Positions 55,633 through 64,000 of a stretch of DNA of 64,000 bases are shown one piece after another (position 1 is the stretch's first letter; the number at the start of each line of letters is the position of its first letter). The DNA is taken from positions 376,391 to 440,390 of the forward strand of contig CAVOIP010000001.1 in the NCBI GenBank assembly GCA_963696105.1, written 5' to 3'. Under the pieces are notes generated by a model that was given only the letters and a program-made list of their open reading frames with translations, was not told the origin of the DNA and searched no databases. Made by a program: the position numbers and the translations under genes. The stretch comes from an uncultured Actinomycetota bacterium (GTDB taxonomy: Bacteria > Actinomycetota > Actinomycetes > Actinomycetales > Dermatophilaceae).

Positions 55633-56067
55633 TTGACCAGCACCACACGCACGTCCACTCCCACGACCACCCGCCGACGAGCCCGGAACCCCTTGTACAA
55701 CGCCGTGATCGGCCTCACCGCGCTGGCCGTGCTGTTGCAGGGACTGTGGGCAGGTCTCTTCCTCCGGGACGACGGGCACGCGTCCGGCGCCGAGAGCTGG
55801 GTCGACGTGCACGCCCGTGGCGGCGACATCGCGATCCTGCTGGCGGCCGTGGCCACGGTCGTGGCGTTCTGGAAGCTGCGGAGCCGCCGCGACCTGTGGG
55901 CCGGGAGCGCAGCGTTGACGGTGCTGCTCGTCCTCGAGGCCTACCTCGGCGGCCTGATCCGGGACGAGCACGTGGACTCCCTGACCGCGGTGCACGTGCC
56001 GCTGGCCATGGCGATCATGGGACTGGTCGTCTGGCTGCCGGTGCGAGCCACCCACCGCCAGGAGTGA
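55633..56067 (+). CDS. Membrane protein (4 predicted TM helices), hypothetical
   Basis: The TTG start is preceded by GAGGAG. Hydrophobic segments are VIGLTALAVLLQGLWAGLF, IAILLAAVATVVAFW, ALTVLLVLEAYLGGL and LAMAIMGLVVWL. Confidence 0.5.
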   Translation: MTSTTRTSTPTTTRRRARNPLYNAVIGLTALAVLLQGLWAGLFLRDDGHASGAESWVDVHARGGDIAILLAAVATVVAFWKLRSRRDLWAGSAALTVLLVLEAYLGGLIRDEHVDSLTAVHVPLAMAIMGLVVWLPVRATHRQE

Positions 56068-56078
56068 TGGGCGCCGTC

Positions 56079-56480
56079 TCAGGGCAACGGAATGCGCAGC
56101 ACCTGGCCGCCCCGGCGCAGATGCTGCAGGTGCTCACGTACGCCGAGCGGCCCTGCACCGCAACGCCGTAGGGCGACGGCAGGTTGCCGGCGATGGCCGT
56201 CGGCTTCCCACCTGTGTGCGACACCTTCACCAGTGACCCCTTGGGGCCCTTGAGCAAGCCGTTCGTCGCGATCTGCACGGCGTAGAGCGAGCCGTCCCGG
56301 CCGAAGGCGAGGTCGGTGACGTTGGTGATTCCCTTGGCGTACGCCACCGGCTTCGTTCCGGCCCGCACGGTCCAGATCGTGGCCCTACGACGGGGAACGT
56401 GCGTCACGGCGGTCAGCGCGCCGCTGGTGCCGAAGCAGCGTCGGGCCTTCGGGTCCTCCGGGTCGGGGATGCACGGCGTA
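56079..56480 (-). pseudogene. C-terminal remnant of a ScyD/ScyE-family beta-propeller protein, N-terminally truncated and frameshifted near the end
   Basis: YAKGITNVTDLAFGRDGSLYAVQIATNGLL..SLVKV..IAGNLPSPYGVAVQGRSAYVS is present. The expected tail AG.GQVLRIPLP* is in a different frame. There is no room for the ~200 N-terminal residues before the M50 gene. Confidence 0.5.
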
Positions 56481-56513
56481 CGGCCGCCCTAGCCCGCCGC
56501 CGTGGTGCCCACC

Positions 56514-57668
56514 TCATGCCCGAGCCCTGGTGGGCTGGCTCGAGGAGGCGCTGCGCAGCGTCCCGTTCTCGACGGCGCGGCTGACGTCCGTGGGGGAGAC
56601 CACGCCCACGAGGCGACCGTCCTCGAGCACCAGGGCGCGGCCGTCCGGGCTCGCATTCAGGCGCGGGATCAGCTCCGGCAGAGGCGTATCCGCCGTGGTG
56701 ACCGGCACCTCGTCGATGGGACAGGCGATCTCACGAGCGGTGGTCAGCGCCCGCCGGCCGGCGGGAACGGCTTTCAGTCGGCGGAGCGTGACCAGACCGA
56801 CGAGGTGTCCGCCGGCCAGCAGCGGGAACGTGGAGTGACGTCGCTGGAACAGGTACCCGTCGATGAGCTCCTGCACGGTGATGTCCGCCGGCGCGGTGTC
56901 GGGGTGCGGGGACATCACGTCGCCCACCCGCACCGACGTCAACCGGTCCTCGAGCAGGGCCTGCTGCTCCTCGGCCGTGGCCGCGCCGGCCAGGAACCAG
57001 CCGATGAAGCCCAGCCACAGCAGCGAGATCCCGCCGGTCCGGAGGAACCCATAGAGGCCGAGGACAACCAGGAAGATCCCCAGCATCCGTCCCGCCCGGG
57101 CCGCAGTGACCGTCGCCCACAACGGGTCGCCGCGCCAGTGCCACAGCGCTGCCCGCAGCATCCGCCCACCGTCCAGCGGCGCGGCCGGGATCGCGTTGAA
57201 CACCGCCAGCAGCACGTTGACGCCGGCCAGCCAGACGCACGCGCCGACCAGGGGACCCGTGAGACCGGCGGTGCCGAGACCCGCCGCAAGGAGCCCGTAC
57301 CCAGCACCGAGCAGCAGGCTCACCAAGGGCCCCACGCCGGCCACCCGCAGCTCGACCCCCGGAGCGGCCGCCTTGCCGTGCAGCTGGGCGACGCCGCCGA
57401 ACAGCCAGAGCGTGATGCTGTCGACCTCGATGCCGTTGCGCCGGGCCACCGCGGCGTGCGAGGCCTCGTGCGCGAGCAGACCGAGCAGGAAGAGAACGGC
57501 CCCGCCGAGCCCGGCCACCAGCAGCTCCCACCCCGGGGAGCGGGGGTACTGCGTCGGGAAGGTGGCCGTGGACAGGCTCCACGCGATGAGCGCGAAGATC
57601 AGCAGCAGACTCCAATGTACCTGGACCTGCACGCCCGCCAGCCGGCCGATCCGTACGGTTCCTCTCAC
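56514..57668 (-). CDS. Site-2 protease family (M50) membrane metalloprotease with a C-terminal CBS pair
   Basis: HEASHAAVAR (HExxH) and NAIPAAPLDGGRM are present with multiple TM helices. The CBS-like part is VGDVMSPHPDT...VGLVT..., ..GRLVGVVSPTDV. The start (GTG 57668) is uncertain. Confidence 0.75.
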   Translation of the reverse strand: MRGTVRIGRLAGVQVQVHWSLLLIFALIAWSLSTATFPTQYPRSPGWELLVAGLGGAVLFLLGLLAHEASHAAVARRNGIEVDSITLWLFGGVAQLHGKAAAPGVELRVAGVGPLVSLLLGAGYGLLAAGLGTAGLTGPLVGACVWLAGVNVLLAVFNAIPAAPLDGGRMLRAALWHWRGDPLWATVTAARAGRMLGIFLVVLGLYGFLRTGGISLLWLGFIGWFLAGAATAEEQQALLEDRLTSVRVGDVMSPHPDTAPADITVQELIDGYLFQRRHSTFPLLAGGHLVGLVTLRRLKAVPAGRRALTTAREIACPIDEVPVTTADTPLPELIPRLNASPDGRALVLEDGRLVGVVSPTDVSRAVENGTLRSASSSQPTRARA

Positions 57669-57873
57669 GCGTGCGACGATTCCCGACGCGGACCGCCCGC
57701 GGCAGGGCCAGAAGGCCTGCCCCCTGCGGTCGGCGAGGCGGCGCGTGGGACCGCCTGTGCGTCGGCACCGGTCGTGCGGGCGGGCACCACCACGACCCTC
57801 ACCCCTGCGGCCATGACGAGCGGTACGTCGACGCGTGGCCCGTGCCCGCCGTCTGCCGCGGCCTCGCACCCGC

Positions 57874-58179
57874 TCAGGGGGCGCGCAGAGCGGACGGCGG
57901 CACGGGGTCGTGCCCGCCCACCGCCCATGGGTGGCAGCGCACCAGGCGCCGGGTCGCGAGCCAGCCCCCACGGCGCAGGCCCAGCTCCTCCAGCGCGGTC
58001 GCGGCGTAGGTCGAGCACCCCGGTGTGAAGCGGCAGCACGGAGAAAGCGAAGGACCGATCTCGTGCTGGTAGATGGTGATCGCCTCGAGCGCGGCCCGCA
58101 GCAGCCGGTCCCGCACCCGGTCCGCACCCTTGCGCGGTCCGGCCGCGCGCGCCGACCGCCGGACCAGCGACGGAGCCAT
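57874..58179 (-). CDS. yidD: Membrane protein insertion efficiency factor YidD
   Basis: ITIYQHEIGPSLSPCCRFTPGCSTYAATALEELGLRRGGWLATRRLVRCHPW is the canonical YidD core. I prefer the ATG at 58179. Confidence 0.75.
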   Translation of the reverse strand: MAPSLVRRSARAAGPRKGADRVRDRLLRAALEAITIYQHEIGPSLSPCCRFTPGCSTYAATALEELGLRRGGWLATRRLVRCHPWAVGGHDPVPPSALRAP

Positions 58180-58446
58180 GAGGGCGGACCGCGGACCGCA
58201 GCCGAGGACCTGCACCGCGCAGCAGCCCGTCTCGACGAGGCAGACCTGGCGCCGGCAACCACACCCCCGTCGGACGGATGTCAGCGGCTCGCCTGTGGCG
58301 CCGTACGGCGTGCAGCTCCCCGTCCGGCGCCACCGCCAGCCGCGGGCCCGCACCATGCCGTCACCGTAGCCGCCGCCCGGCTCCCGGCGGCAGTGCCGAA
58401 AGCGGGGGGCCCGGGCGCCGGGAGCCCGTCACGTCGTGACCGACGC

Positions 58447-59670
58447 TCAGTGGTCGAGCCGCCCACCGGCCAGGGCCGTGGCGAAGGACGGCGCGGCCGG
58501 GAGCCGCGGCACGAGGGTGGCCTGCAGCGCGTGGTAGGTGTCCGGCTTGCCCGACCACACCGTCGAGGACGGCTGGTTGTCGCCGTCGAGCTCGTGCCAC
58601 CACGAGCCGCCGTCACGGTCGCGGAGGTCGAGATCGATGTGGTCCCACCACGTCTCGTACCACGATGCGTACGACGGGTCACCGGTGACGGCGTGGAGCA
58701 CGGCAGCGGTGGCCGTGGCTTCGGCGGCCACCCAGTGCATCCGGTGGCGCACGACCGGCGTGCCGTCCCAGTCCGTGGTGTAGACGAAACCGGGCCTGCC
58801 GTCGACCGCCCAACCGTCCGCAACGGCGCGCTCGAAGAGCGAGCACGCCGACGGCAGCAACGAGTCCGGGGCCTCGTCGCCGAGTGCCGCCCGCAGGTTC
58901 AGCGCCAGCCGCGCCCACTCCATCGCGTGACCGACCGTCGCGCCGTACGGTCGGAACCGGTCGCGCGGCTTGTCGTCGTTGTAGCCCGGCTGGGGGTGCC
59001 AGCCCTCGTCGTAGTGCTCGGGGATCCGCCAGGAGGAGTCGCGGGCGAAGCCGAGCACCCGCTCGGTGATGCGCAGCGCGCGGGCCCGCCACAGCGGGTC
59101 GCCGGTGACGTCGCTGGCGGCCAGGAACGCCTCGACGGTGTGCATGTTGGCGTTGACGCCGCGGTAGGGCTCCACCGTGGTGAAGGCCTCGTCGCACCGG
59201 TCGACGACCATGCCGTCCCCCTCGGACCACAGGCGCTGGTCCATCAGGGTGAGCGCATCCTCGAGGAGGCGACGGCCCTGGGGGTGACCGGCCGCGGTGG
59301 CGCTGGAGGCAGCGAGGACGACGAAGGCGTGCCCGTAGGTCTCCTTGCCGGGATCGGTCACCCCGTCCTCGCCCACGGCGGCGAACCAGCCGCCGTGGGC
59401 GAGGTCCCGCAGTCGCCCCTGCAGCGCCTGCACGCCGTGGTCGACGAGCGGCCCGCACCCCGGCCGGCCCAGAAGCTGCCCCAGCGCGAACACGTGCGTC
59501 ATCCGGCAGGTGACCCACAGCTCGACCGGCTGGTCCAGCAACGGGCGACCGCGCTCGTCCAGCCACGCGAAGCCCCCGGAGGGGTGGCGCGCCGCGCGGC
59601 TGAACTCCAGCAAGCGGTCCGTCTCACCCTCCAGCCAGCGCCGGTGGGCGGGATCCGTCAGCCAGGTCAT
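58447..59670 (-). CDS. AGE-family (N-acylglucosamine 2-epimerase / mannose-cellobiose epimerase-like) enzyme
   Basis: The 407-aa (alpha/alpha)6-type sequence has ..LEFSRAARHPSGGFAWLDERG.., ..TCRMTHVFALG.., ..HAFVVLA.., ..NANMHTVEAFL.. and ..GHAMEWARL... Confidence 0.75.
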   Translation of the reverse strand: MTWLTDPAHRRWLEGETDRLLEFSRAARHPSGGFAWLDERGRPLLDQPVELWVTCRMTHVFALGQLLGRPGCGPLVDHGVQALQGRLRDLAHGGWFAAVGEDGVTDPGKETYGHAFVVLAASSATAAGHPQGRRLLEDALTLMDQRLWSEGDGMVVDRCDEAFTTVEPYRGVNANMHTVEAFLAASDVTGDPLWRARALRITERVLGFARDSSWRIPEHYDEGWHPQPGYNDDKPRDRFRPYGATVGHAMEWARLALNLRAALGDEAPDSLLPSACSLFERAVADGWAVDGRPGFVYTTDWDGTPVVRHRMHWVAAEATATAAVLHAVTGDPSYASWYETWWDHIDLDLRDRDGGSWWHELDGDNQPSSTVWSGKPDTYHALQATLVPRLPAAPSFATALAGGRLDH

Positions 59671-59838
59671 GGGGTCCTCCTTGGTCGTGCTCGTCGGTCG
59701 TCCGGGCTCATCGGGTGGCCGGAGCCCTGTTCACGCGCTGCGCGTGGGCCTTCAGCACCGAGGTGGTGCTGGTGCTGGAGTAGACCACGCGGTAGCCCTC
59801 TCCGTCGCCGTACCGGCCGCCGTTGTCGGTGCAGGCCG

Positions 59839-62327
59839 TCAGGAGACCAGCTGGTTGGTGCACCGCAGGACGGCCGGCGCCAGGAACGCCTGCGGGTCGA
59901 CGTCGGCGCTGGTGCGGATCCGGAACGTGGCGGTCTCGCCGGCCAGCACGGTCACCAGCGCGTCGTCGACGACCGCCGCGGGGTCCACCTTGTCCGCGAG
60001 CACGGTGACGTCCCGCTGCAGCGAGCCGGCCGTCACGTGGACGGCGTAGCCGTCGTCGGTCCGTTCGGCCCGCGCCTCCAGCCCGGGGGAGAGCGCGAGG
60101 TCCTTGTCCTCGGCGAAGAACCACAGGGCCCGCGTGCCGGCGCCCTCCACGACCAGCACCTCCGCGGCGGCATCCTCGGCGATGGCCAGCGCGGTCGGCA
60201 GCTCGAGCGTCGTGGTGGAGCGGGGGGCGACGTCCAGCGTCAGCGACTCCTTGGCGAGGCCGCCGCCGTCGAGCGCGGTGCGGGTGGCGGAGAGGCTGCC
60301 GGTCCACGGCTGGTCGGAGTCGTTGACCGCGACGACGGCCAGGGCCCCGTCCCGGGGCTGGACCGTGAGCAACCGATCGGCGTAGACGTGCTTGAGCGCG
60401 TACCAGAGCGGCTTGCGACGTCCGTCTCCGTCGACGGCGGCCCAGGAGGTGACCGGCCAGCAGTCGTTCAGCTGCCAGACGATGGTGCCGGCGCAGCGCG
60501 GTGCCCAGGACCGGAAGTGCTCGACGCCGAAGGCGACGGCCCGGGCCTGGTTGCAGCGACATCGCCCAGTGCCAGTCCTCCATGTCCTCCGGGACCTCCA
60601 GGTGCGGCTCGAGGCCGCGGGTGAGCTTGCCGTCGCCGTCCTCGGCCTTCTGGTGCAGCAGCATCCCGGGGGAGTCGGGCGCGCAGGGGTTCGTCGTGCA
60701 CGGCGCGGGTCAGCGTCGACCACGCCGGCGGGCCCTGGTAGCCGAACTCGGACGCGAGGCGCGGCACGTAGCTCCCGTAGACGGTGTAGTCGACCTGGTT
60801 CCAGACGTCCCAGATGTGCATCGTGCCGTGGTCGGGGTCGTTGGGGTGACGCGAGGTGTCGAGCGACCACGGGCTGCCCGCGGAGTACGGCCGCGCCGGG
60901 TCGAGCTCGGCGACGATCGCGGGCAGGATCTCGGTGTAGTAGCCCATGCCCCAGCTCAGGTCGCCGAGTGTCTCCTTCCAGCCCCAGTCCTCGTGGCCCC
61001 AGATGTTCTCGTTGCAGCCGTTCCACAGCACGAGGCTCGGGTGCGGCGTGAGCCGCGTGACAGCCTCCCGCGCCTCGGCGACTCGACCTCGCCGCGCAGC
61101 GGCTCCTCCTCGGCGTAGGCCGCGCAGGCGAAGAGGAAGTCCTGCCAGACCATCAGGCCGAGCTCGTCGCAGATCTCGTAGAAGTCGTCGCTCTCGTAGA
61201 TCCCGCCGCCCCAGACCCGCAGCAGGTTCATGCCGCTCTCGGTGGCGTTCGCAATGCTCCGGTCGTAGCGGGCGCGGTCGATCCTGCTCGGGAAGCAGTC
61301 GTCGGGGATCCAGTTGGCGCCTCGCACGAAGATGGGCTTGCCGTTGACGACGAAGCGTGAACGGCGTCCCGTGGCGTCCGGCGTCGTGTCGAGCGTCGAC
61401 GGTGCGGAAGCCCGACCCGCCGCTCGCCACGTCGTCCAGCTCGTCGTCGTCGGCCAGCAGCCGCACGCGCACCGGGTAGAGCGGCTGCTCGCCGTGGCCG
61501 CGCGGCCACCACAGCGACACGTCGGCCAGCTCGAGCCGCAGCACGGCCGTGCCGTCCGGCCCGACCTCGACCTCGGCGTCCTGACGCCGCGACGTCCGCC
61601 GCGACCCGCACCGGCTGGCTGCCGGCCGCGCGCTCCACGTCGACGTGCACCTCGACGGTGCCGGTGCTGCCCTGCACGCCCACGAGCGGGCGGACTGCCG
61701 CGAGGCGTGCCGTGCGTCCACCGGTGCAGCGTCACCGGCCGCCAGATCCCGGCGGTCACCAGCTCGGGCCCCCAGTCCCAGCCGAAGTTGCAGGCCATCT
61801 TGCGGATGCCGTTGAAGGGGTAGCGGTTGACGTGCGGACGAGGCCCGAGGTCCTCGCTCGCCTGCAGGGTGGCGTCGGTCTGGGCGGCGAAGTCGACGGT
61901 CAGCTCGTTGTCCCCATCGCACCAGGAGGTCGCGGACGTCGAACCGGTGGCTGCGGTGCATGTTGGCGGTCGACCCGAGCACGGTGCCGTTGAGGCTGAC
62001 CGTGGCCACCGTGTCGAGCCCCTCGAAGTCGAGGTCGACGCGCTCACCCGGCGCCGCCGCGGCCGCCCGGAACGTCGTGCTGTAGCGCCAGGAGGTGTGC
62101 CCGATCCACTCCAGCAGCCGCTCGTTCTCGTCCAGGTAGGGGTCGGCGATGAGGTCGGCGGCGAGCAGGTCGGTGTGGACGCAGCCGGGCACGGTGGCCG
62201 GCACGGGGCCGGCGCCACTGTCCTGGAGGTGGGCGAGCGCTGCGGGCAGGGGCCCCTCCAGGGGGCGGAGGGCCCAGGCGTCGTGCAGTGCGGTCTTCAC
62301 GGGGAAGGTCCTCTCGGTGGGGCTCAT
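59839..62327 (-). pseudogene. GH2 beta-mannosidase, at least seven frameshifts
   Basis: Segments lie in three frames: VPGCVHTDLLAADLIADPYLDENE; NFGWDWGP; LWWPRGHGEQPLY; FVVNGKPIFVRGANWIPDD; [31 protein letters not shown]; [10 protein letters not shown]; EFGYQGPP; [17 protein letters not shown]. The ATG is at 62327. Confidence 0.8.
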
Positions 62328-62363
62328 GCGGTGCTGCTGCCGCGGTTCACCGGGATCGTTTCT

Positions 62364-62382
62364 AACTTCATTTGATGAAGTT
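62364..62382. promoter_or_regulatory. AT-rich perfect inverted repeat AACTTCAT-ttg-ATGAAGTT between the divergent beta-mannosidase and ROK genes (candidate operator)
   Basis: Read directly. It lies 36 nt upstream of the mannosidase ATG and 73 nt upstream of the ROK ATG. Confidence 0.5.
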
Positions 62383-62455
62383 GGCAAGACGTCGGCGGGG
62401 CTCGTCCCTGCTGCGCCGCGGTACGGTCGGCACCACGAGCCCAAGGAGGAGTCCG

Positions 62456-63712
62456 ATGACGCGCGGTGGAGCGAACCTCCCCCTGGTGAGCAGCTACAAC
62501 CGCGGCGTCGTCCTCGACACCATCCGCACCCGTGGGGAGCTCAGCCGGGTCGAGCTGGCCGCCTTGACCGGCCTGACGGCCCCGACGGTCACCAACATCG
62601 TCCGCCGCCTCATCGCGGAGGGCTATGTCGTCGAGGCGGGCCAGGGCGCCTCGACCGGCGGCAAGCCGCGCACCCTGCTGCGGGTGAACTCCTGGGCCGG
62701 GTTCGCCGTCGGCGTCCAGGTGGACGCGGAGGCCACGACGAGCGTCCTGGTCGACCTCGCCGGCAAGGTGCTGGAGCGGCGCAGCCGCCGCGGTGGCCAT
62801 CGCAGCCCGCCGGCCACGGTCATCGCCCGCATCGCAGCCGACGTGGAGGACCTCGTCGCCCACGCCGGGGTGGACCGGCGGCTCGTCACCGGCGTCGGCG
62901 TCGCCGTCCCGGGCCCGATCGACCACCACCGCGGGATGGTGCTCACGCCGCCGAACCTGCCCGCGTGGCACGACGTCGCACTGCAGGACCGGCTGGAGGA
63001 GCTGCTCCCCGGGCTGCCGGTCCTCGTCGACAACGACGCCACCGTCGCCGTGATGGGCGAGCGGTGGGTCGGCGGCGCCGACGCCGCAACGAACTTCGCG
63101 TGCATCTACATGGGAGCCGGCATCGGTGCGGGCATCTTCGTGGACGGGCAGGTCTACCGCGGCAGCAGCTCCAACGCCGGCGAGATCGGCCACATCTCGC
63201 TCGACGTCGACGGTGAGGAGTGCTTCTGCGGCAACCGCGGCTGCCTCGAGCTCTTCGCCGCTCCGCGCAGCATCGTCGCCGCCGCCCGGCAGCACGCCGC
63301 CGACTTCCCCGACGCCGACACCGGCGTGCACCTGTCAGCCTCCGGGCGCGGGGTGCGCGCCGACCATGCGCGGATCGCCCGTGCCGCCGGCGCCGGTGTG
63401 CCGTATGCCGTGGAGGCGGTCGAGCGGTCGGCACGCTATCTCGCCCTGGGCGTGGTCACGCTGGTCAACCTGTTCGACCTGGAGCTGCTGGTGCTCGCGG
63501 GTCAGGGTTTCGCGCACGTGGGGGAGCGCTACGTCTCGGCCGTGCGCCGGGAGCTGACGACCCGCAGCTTCGCCCGGGCCAACCACGACGTGCAGGTGCG
63601 GCTCTCCCCGATCGCCGACGACGTGGGCGCGGTCGGCGCCGCGTCGATGGTCCTGCACAGTGAGTTCGCGCCCCAGATGCACGACCTGCGGTCGCTGGGG
63701 CGAGACGCCTGA
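62456..63712 (+). CDS. ROK-family transcriptional regulator (N-terminal wHTH + sugar-kinase-like domain)
   Basis: The wHTH is ELSRVELAALTGLTAPTVTNIVRRL. Further motifs are VDNDATVAVMGE and the ROK zinc motif GHISLDVDGEECFCGNRGCLE. An AAGGAGGAG RBS precedes the ATG at 62456. Confidence 0.8.
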   Translation: MTRGGANLPLVSSYNRGVVLDTIRTRGELSRVELAALTGLTAPTVTNIVRRLIAEGYVVEAGQGASTGGKPRTLLRVNSWAGFAVGVQVDAEATTSVLVDLAGKVLERRSRRGGHRSPPATVIARIAADVEDLVAHAGVDRRLVTGVGVAVPGPIDHHRGMVLTPPNLPAWHDVALQDRLEELLPGLPVLVDNDATVAVMGERWVGGADAATNFACIYMGAGIGAGIFVDGQVYRGSSSNAGEIGHISLDVDGEECFCGNRGCLELFAAPRSIVAAARQHAADFPDADTGVHLSASGRGVRADHARIARAAGAGVPYAVEAVERSARYLALGVVTLVNLFDLELLVLAGQGFAHVGERYVSAVRRELTTRSFARANHDVQVRLSPIADDVGAVGAASMVLHSEFAPQMHDLRSLGRDA

Positions 63713-63765
63713 AGCCTTGCACCACCACCTGTCCTCATCGCCCACCAACCCGCCCAGGAGCCACC

Positions 63766-64000
63766 GTGCCGTTGTTCGACCTCTCCGCCGAGGAGCTGCT
63801 CACCTACCGGATCACGACCGCCGAGCCGGAGCGGCTCGACCAGTGGTGGGCGCAGCGGCTGGACAAGGCCAGGTCGGTCGCCGCCCCGCTGACGCTGGAC
63901 CGCCACGCCCCCGACGCCTACGGCCCCACGCCGGTCTGGGACGTCGAGTTCTCCGGGTCGGACGGCGACCGCATCCGGGGCTGGTACCTGCGCCCTGCGG
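63766..64000 (+). CDS. 3'-partial CDS: acetylxylan esterase / cephalosporin-C deacetylase (CE7, AXE1) N-terminus
   Basis: My own translation from the GTG at 63766 (AGGAG RBS) gives VPLFDLSAEELLTYRITTAEPERLDQWWAQRL...VWDVEFSGSDGDRIRGWYLRPA. This matches the AXE1 N-terminal pattern. The frame runs off the window. Confidence 0.65.
   Translation, partial: MPLFDLSAEELLTYRITTAEPERLDQWWAQRLDKARSVAAPLTLDRHAPDAYGPTPVWDVEFSGSDGDRIRGWYLRPA

Noticed and set aside
54658-56067. Single 469-aa protein as given by the ORF track.
   Set aside because: It fuses an HPF-like protein to an unrelated 4-TM protein through a Gly/Arg-rich junk segment. The true HPF C-terminus, with its stop at 55510, is in another frame.
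59708-59870. Short frame ending ..[47 protein letters not shown] with a lipobox-like LTAC, between the mannosidase and AGE genes.
   Set aside because: It has no hydrophobic signal-peptide core, no convincing start or RBS, and it overlaps the mannosidase 3' end.

Overview
This is a very GC-rich chromosomal segment from an Actinomycetota genome; third codon positions are almost always G or C. The first ~26 kb is a core block with the gene order I recall for M. tuberculosis Rv3202c-Rv3193c. It runs adnA(partial)-adnB, nudC, a PPOX/F420-type protein, mycoredoxin, uvrD2 and whiB7 with its long leader. It continues with an ABC1 kinase (disrupted here), an E1-like protein, a DUF5679 zinc ribbon, a Zincin_2-like protein, moaE, a PDZ-Lon protease, a PPA1309-family protein and UPF0182. 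An initiator tRNA-fMet sits at 26.13 kb. After it comes a more accessory-looking mix: acyl-CoA ligase, GAP-family membrane protein, hydrolases, SNF2 helicase, a lipoprotein serine hydrolase, and PIG-L/small ORF/OsmC. Further on are two flavoenzymes beside a large SARP-ATPase-TPR regulator, azlCD, a paralogous gene pair carrying an 18-bp coding tandem repeat, an MFS transporter and a GAF-ANTAR protein. The window ends with decayed beta-PGM/GH65 genes, an Rv0079-like HPF, an M50-CBS protease, yidD, and a mannoside cluster (AGE epimerase, disrupted GH2 beta-mannosidase, ROK regulator, acetylxylan esterase start). No CRISPR array, transposase, integrase, rRNA or recognisable defence-system gene set was seen. 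The observations I rate highest are listed below. (1) The whiB7 locus carries a complete attenuator architecture: AT-rich promoter, an 80-codon uORF with coding-like codon usage, and a strong intrinsic terminator. (2) More than 30 frameshifts are concentrated in nine genes, while about 40 kb of neighbouring long ORFs are intact. (3) An orphan E1/cyclodehydratase-docking-like protein is start-stop coupled to the disrupted ABC1 kinase next to whiB7. (4) A start-stop-coupled paralog pair carries a VNTR-like GEGV(R/Q)S repeat. (5) A chain-coupled PIG-L / 75-aa His-Pro-Gln-rich ORF / OsmC unit lies beside two flavoenzymes and a SARP regulator. I cannot name a demonstrably new system from sequence alone, so these are candidates, and each comes with a check that would confirm or refute it.
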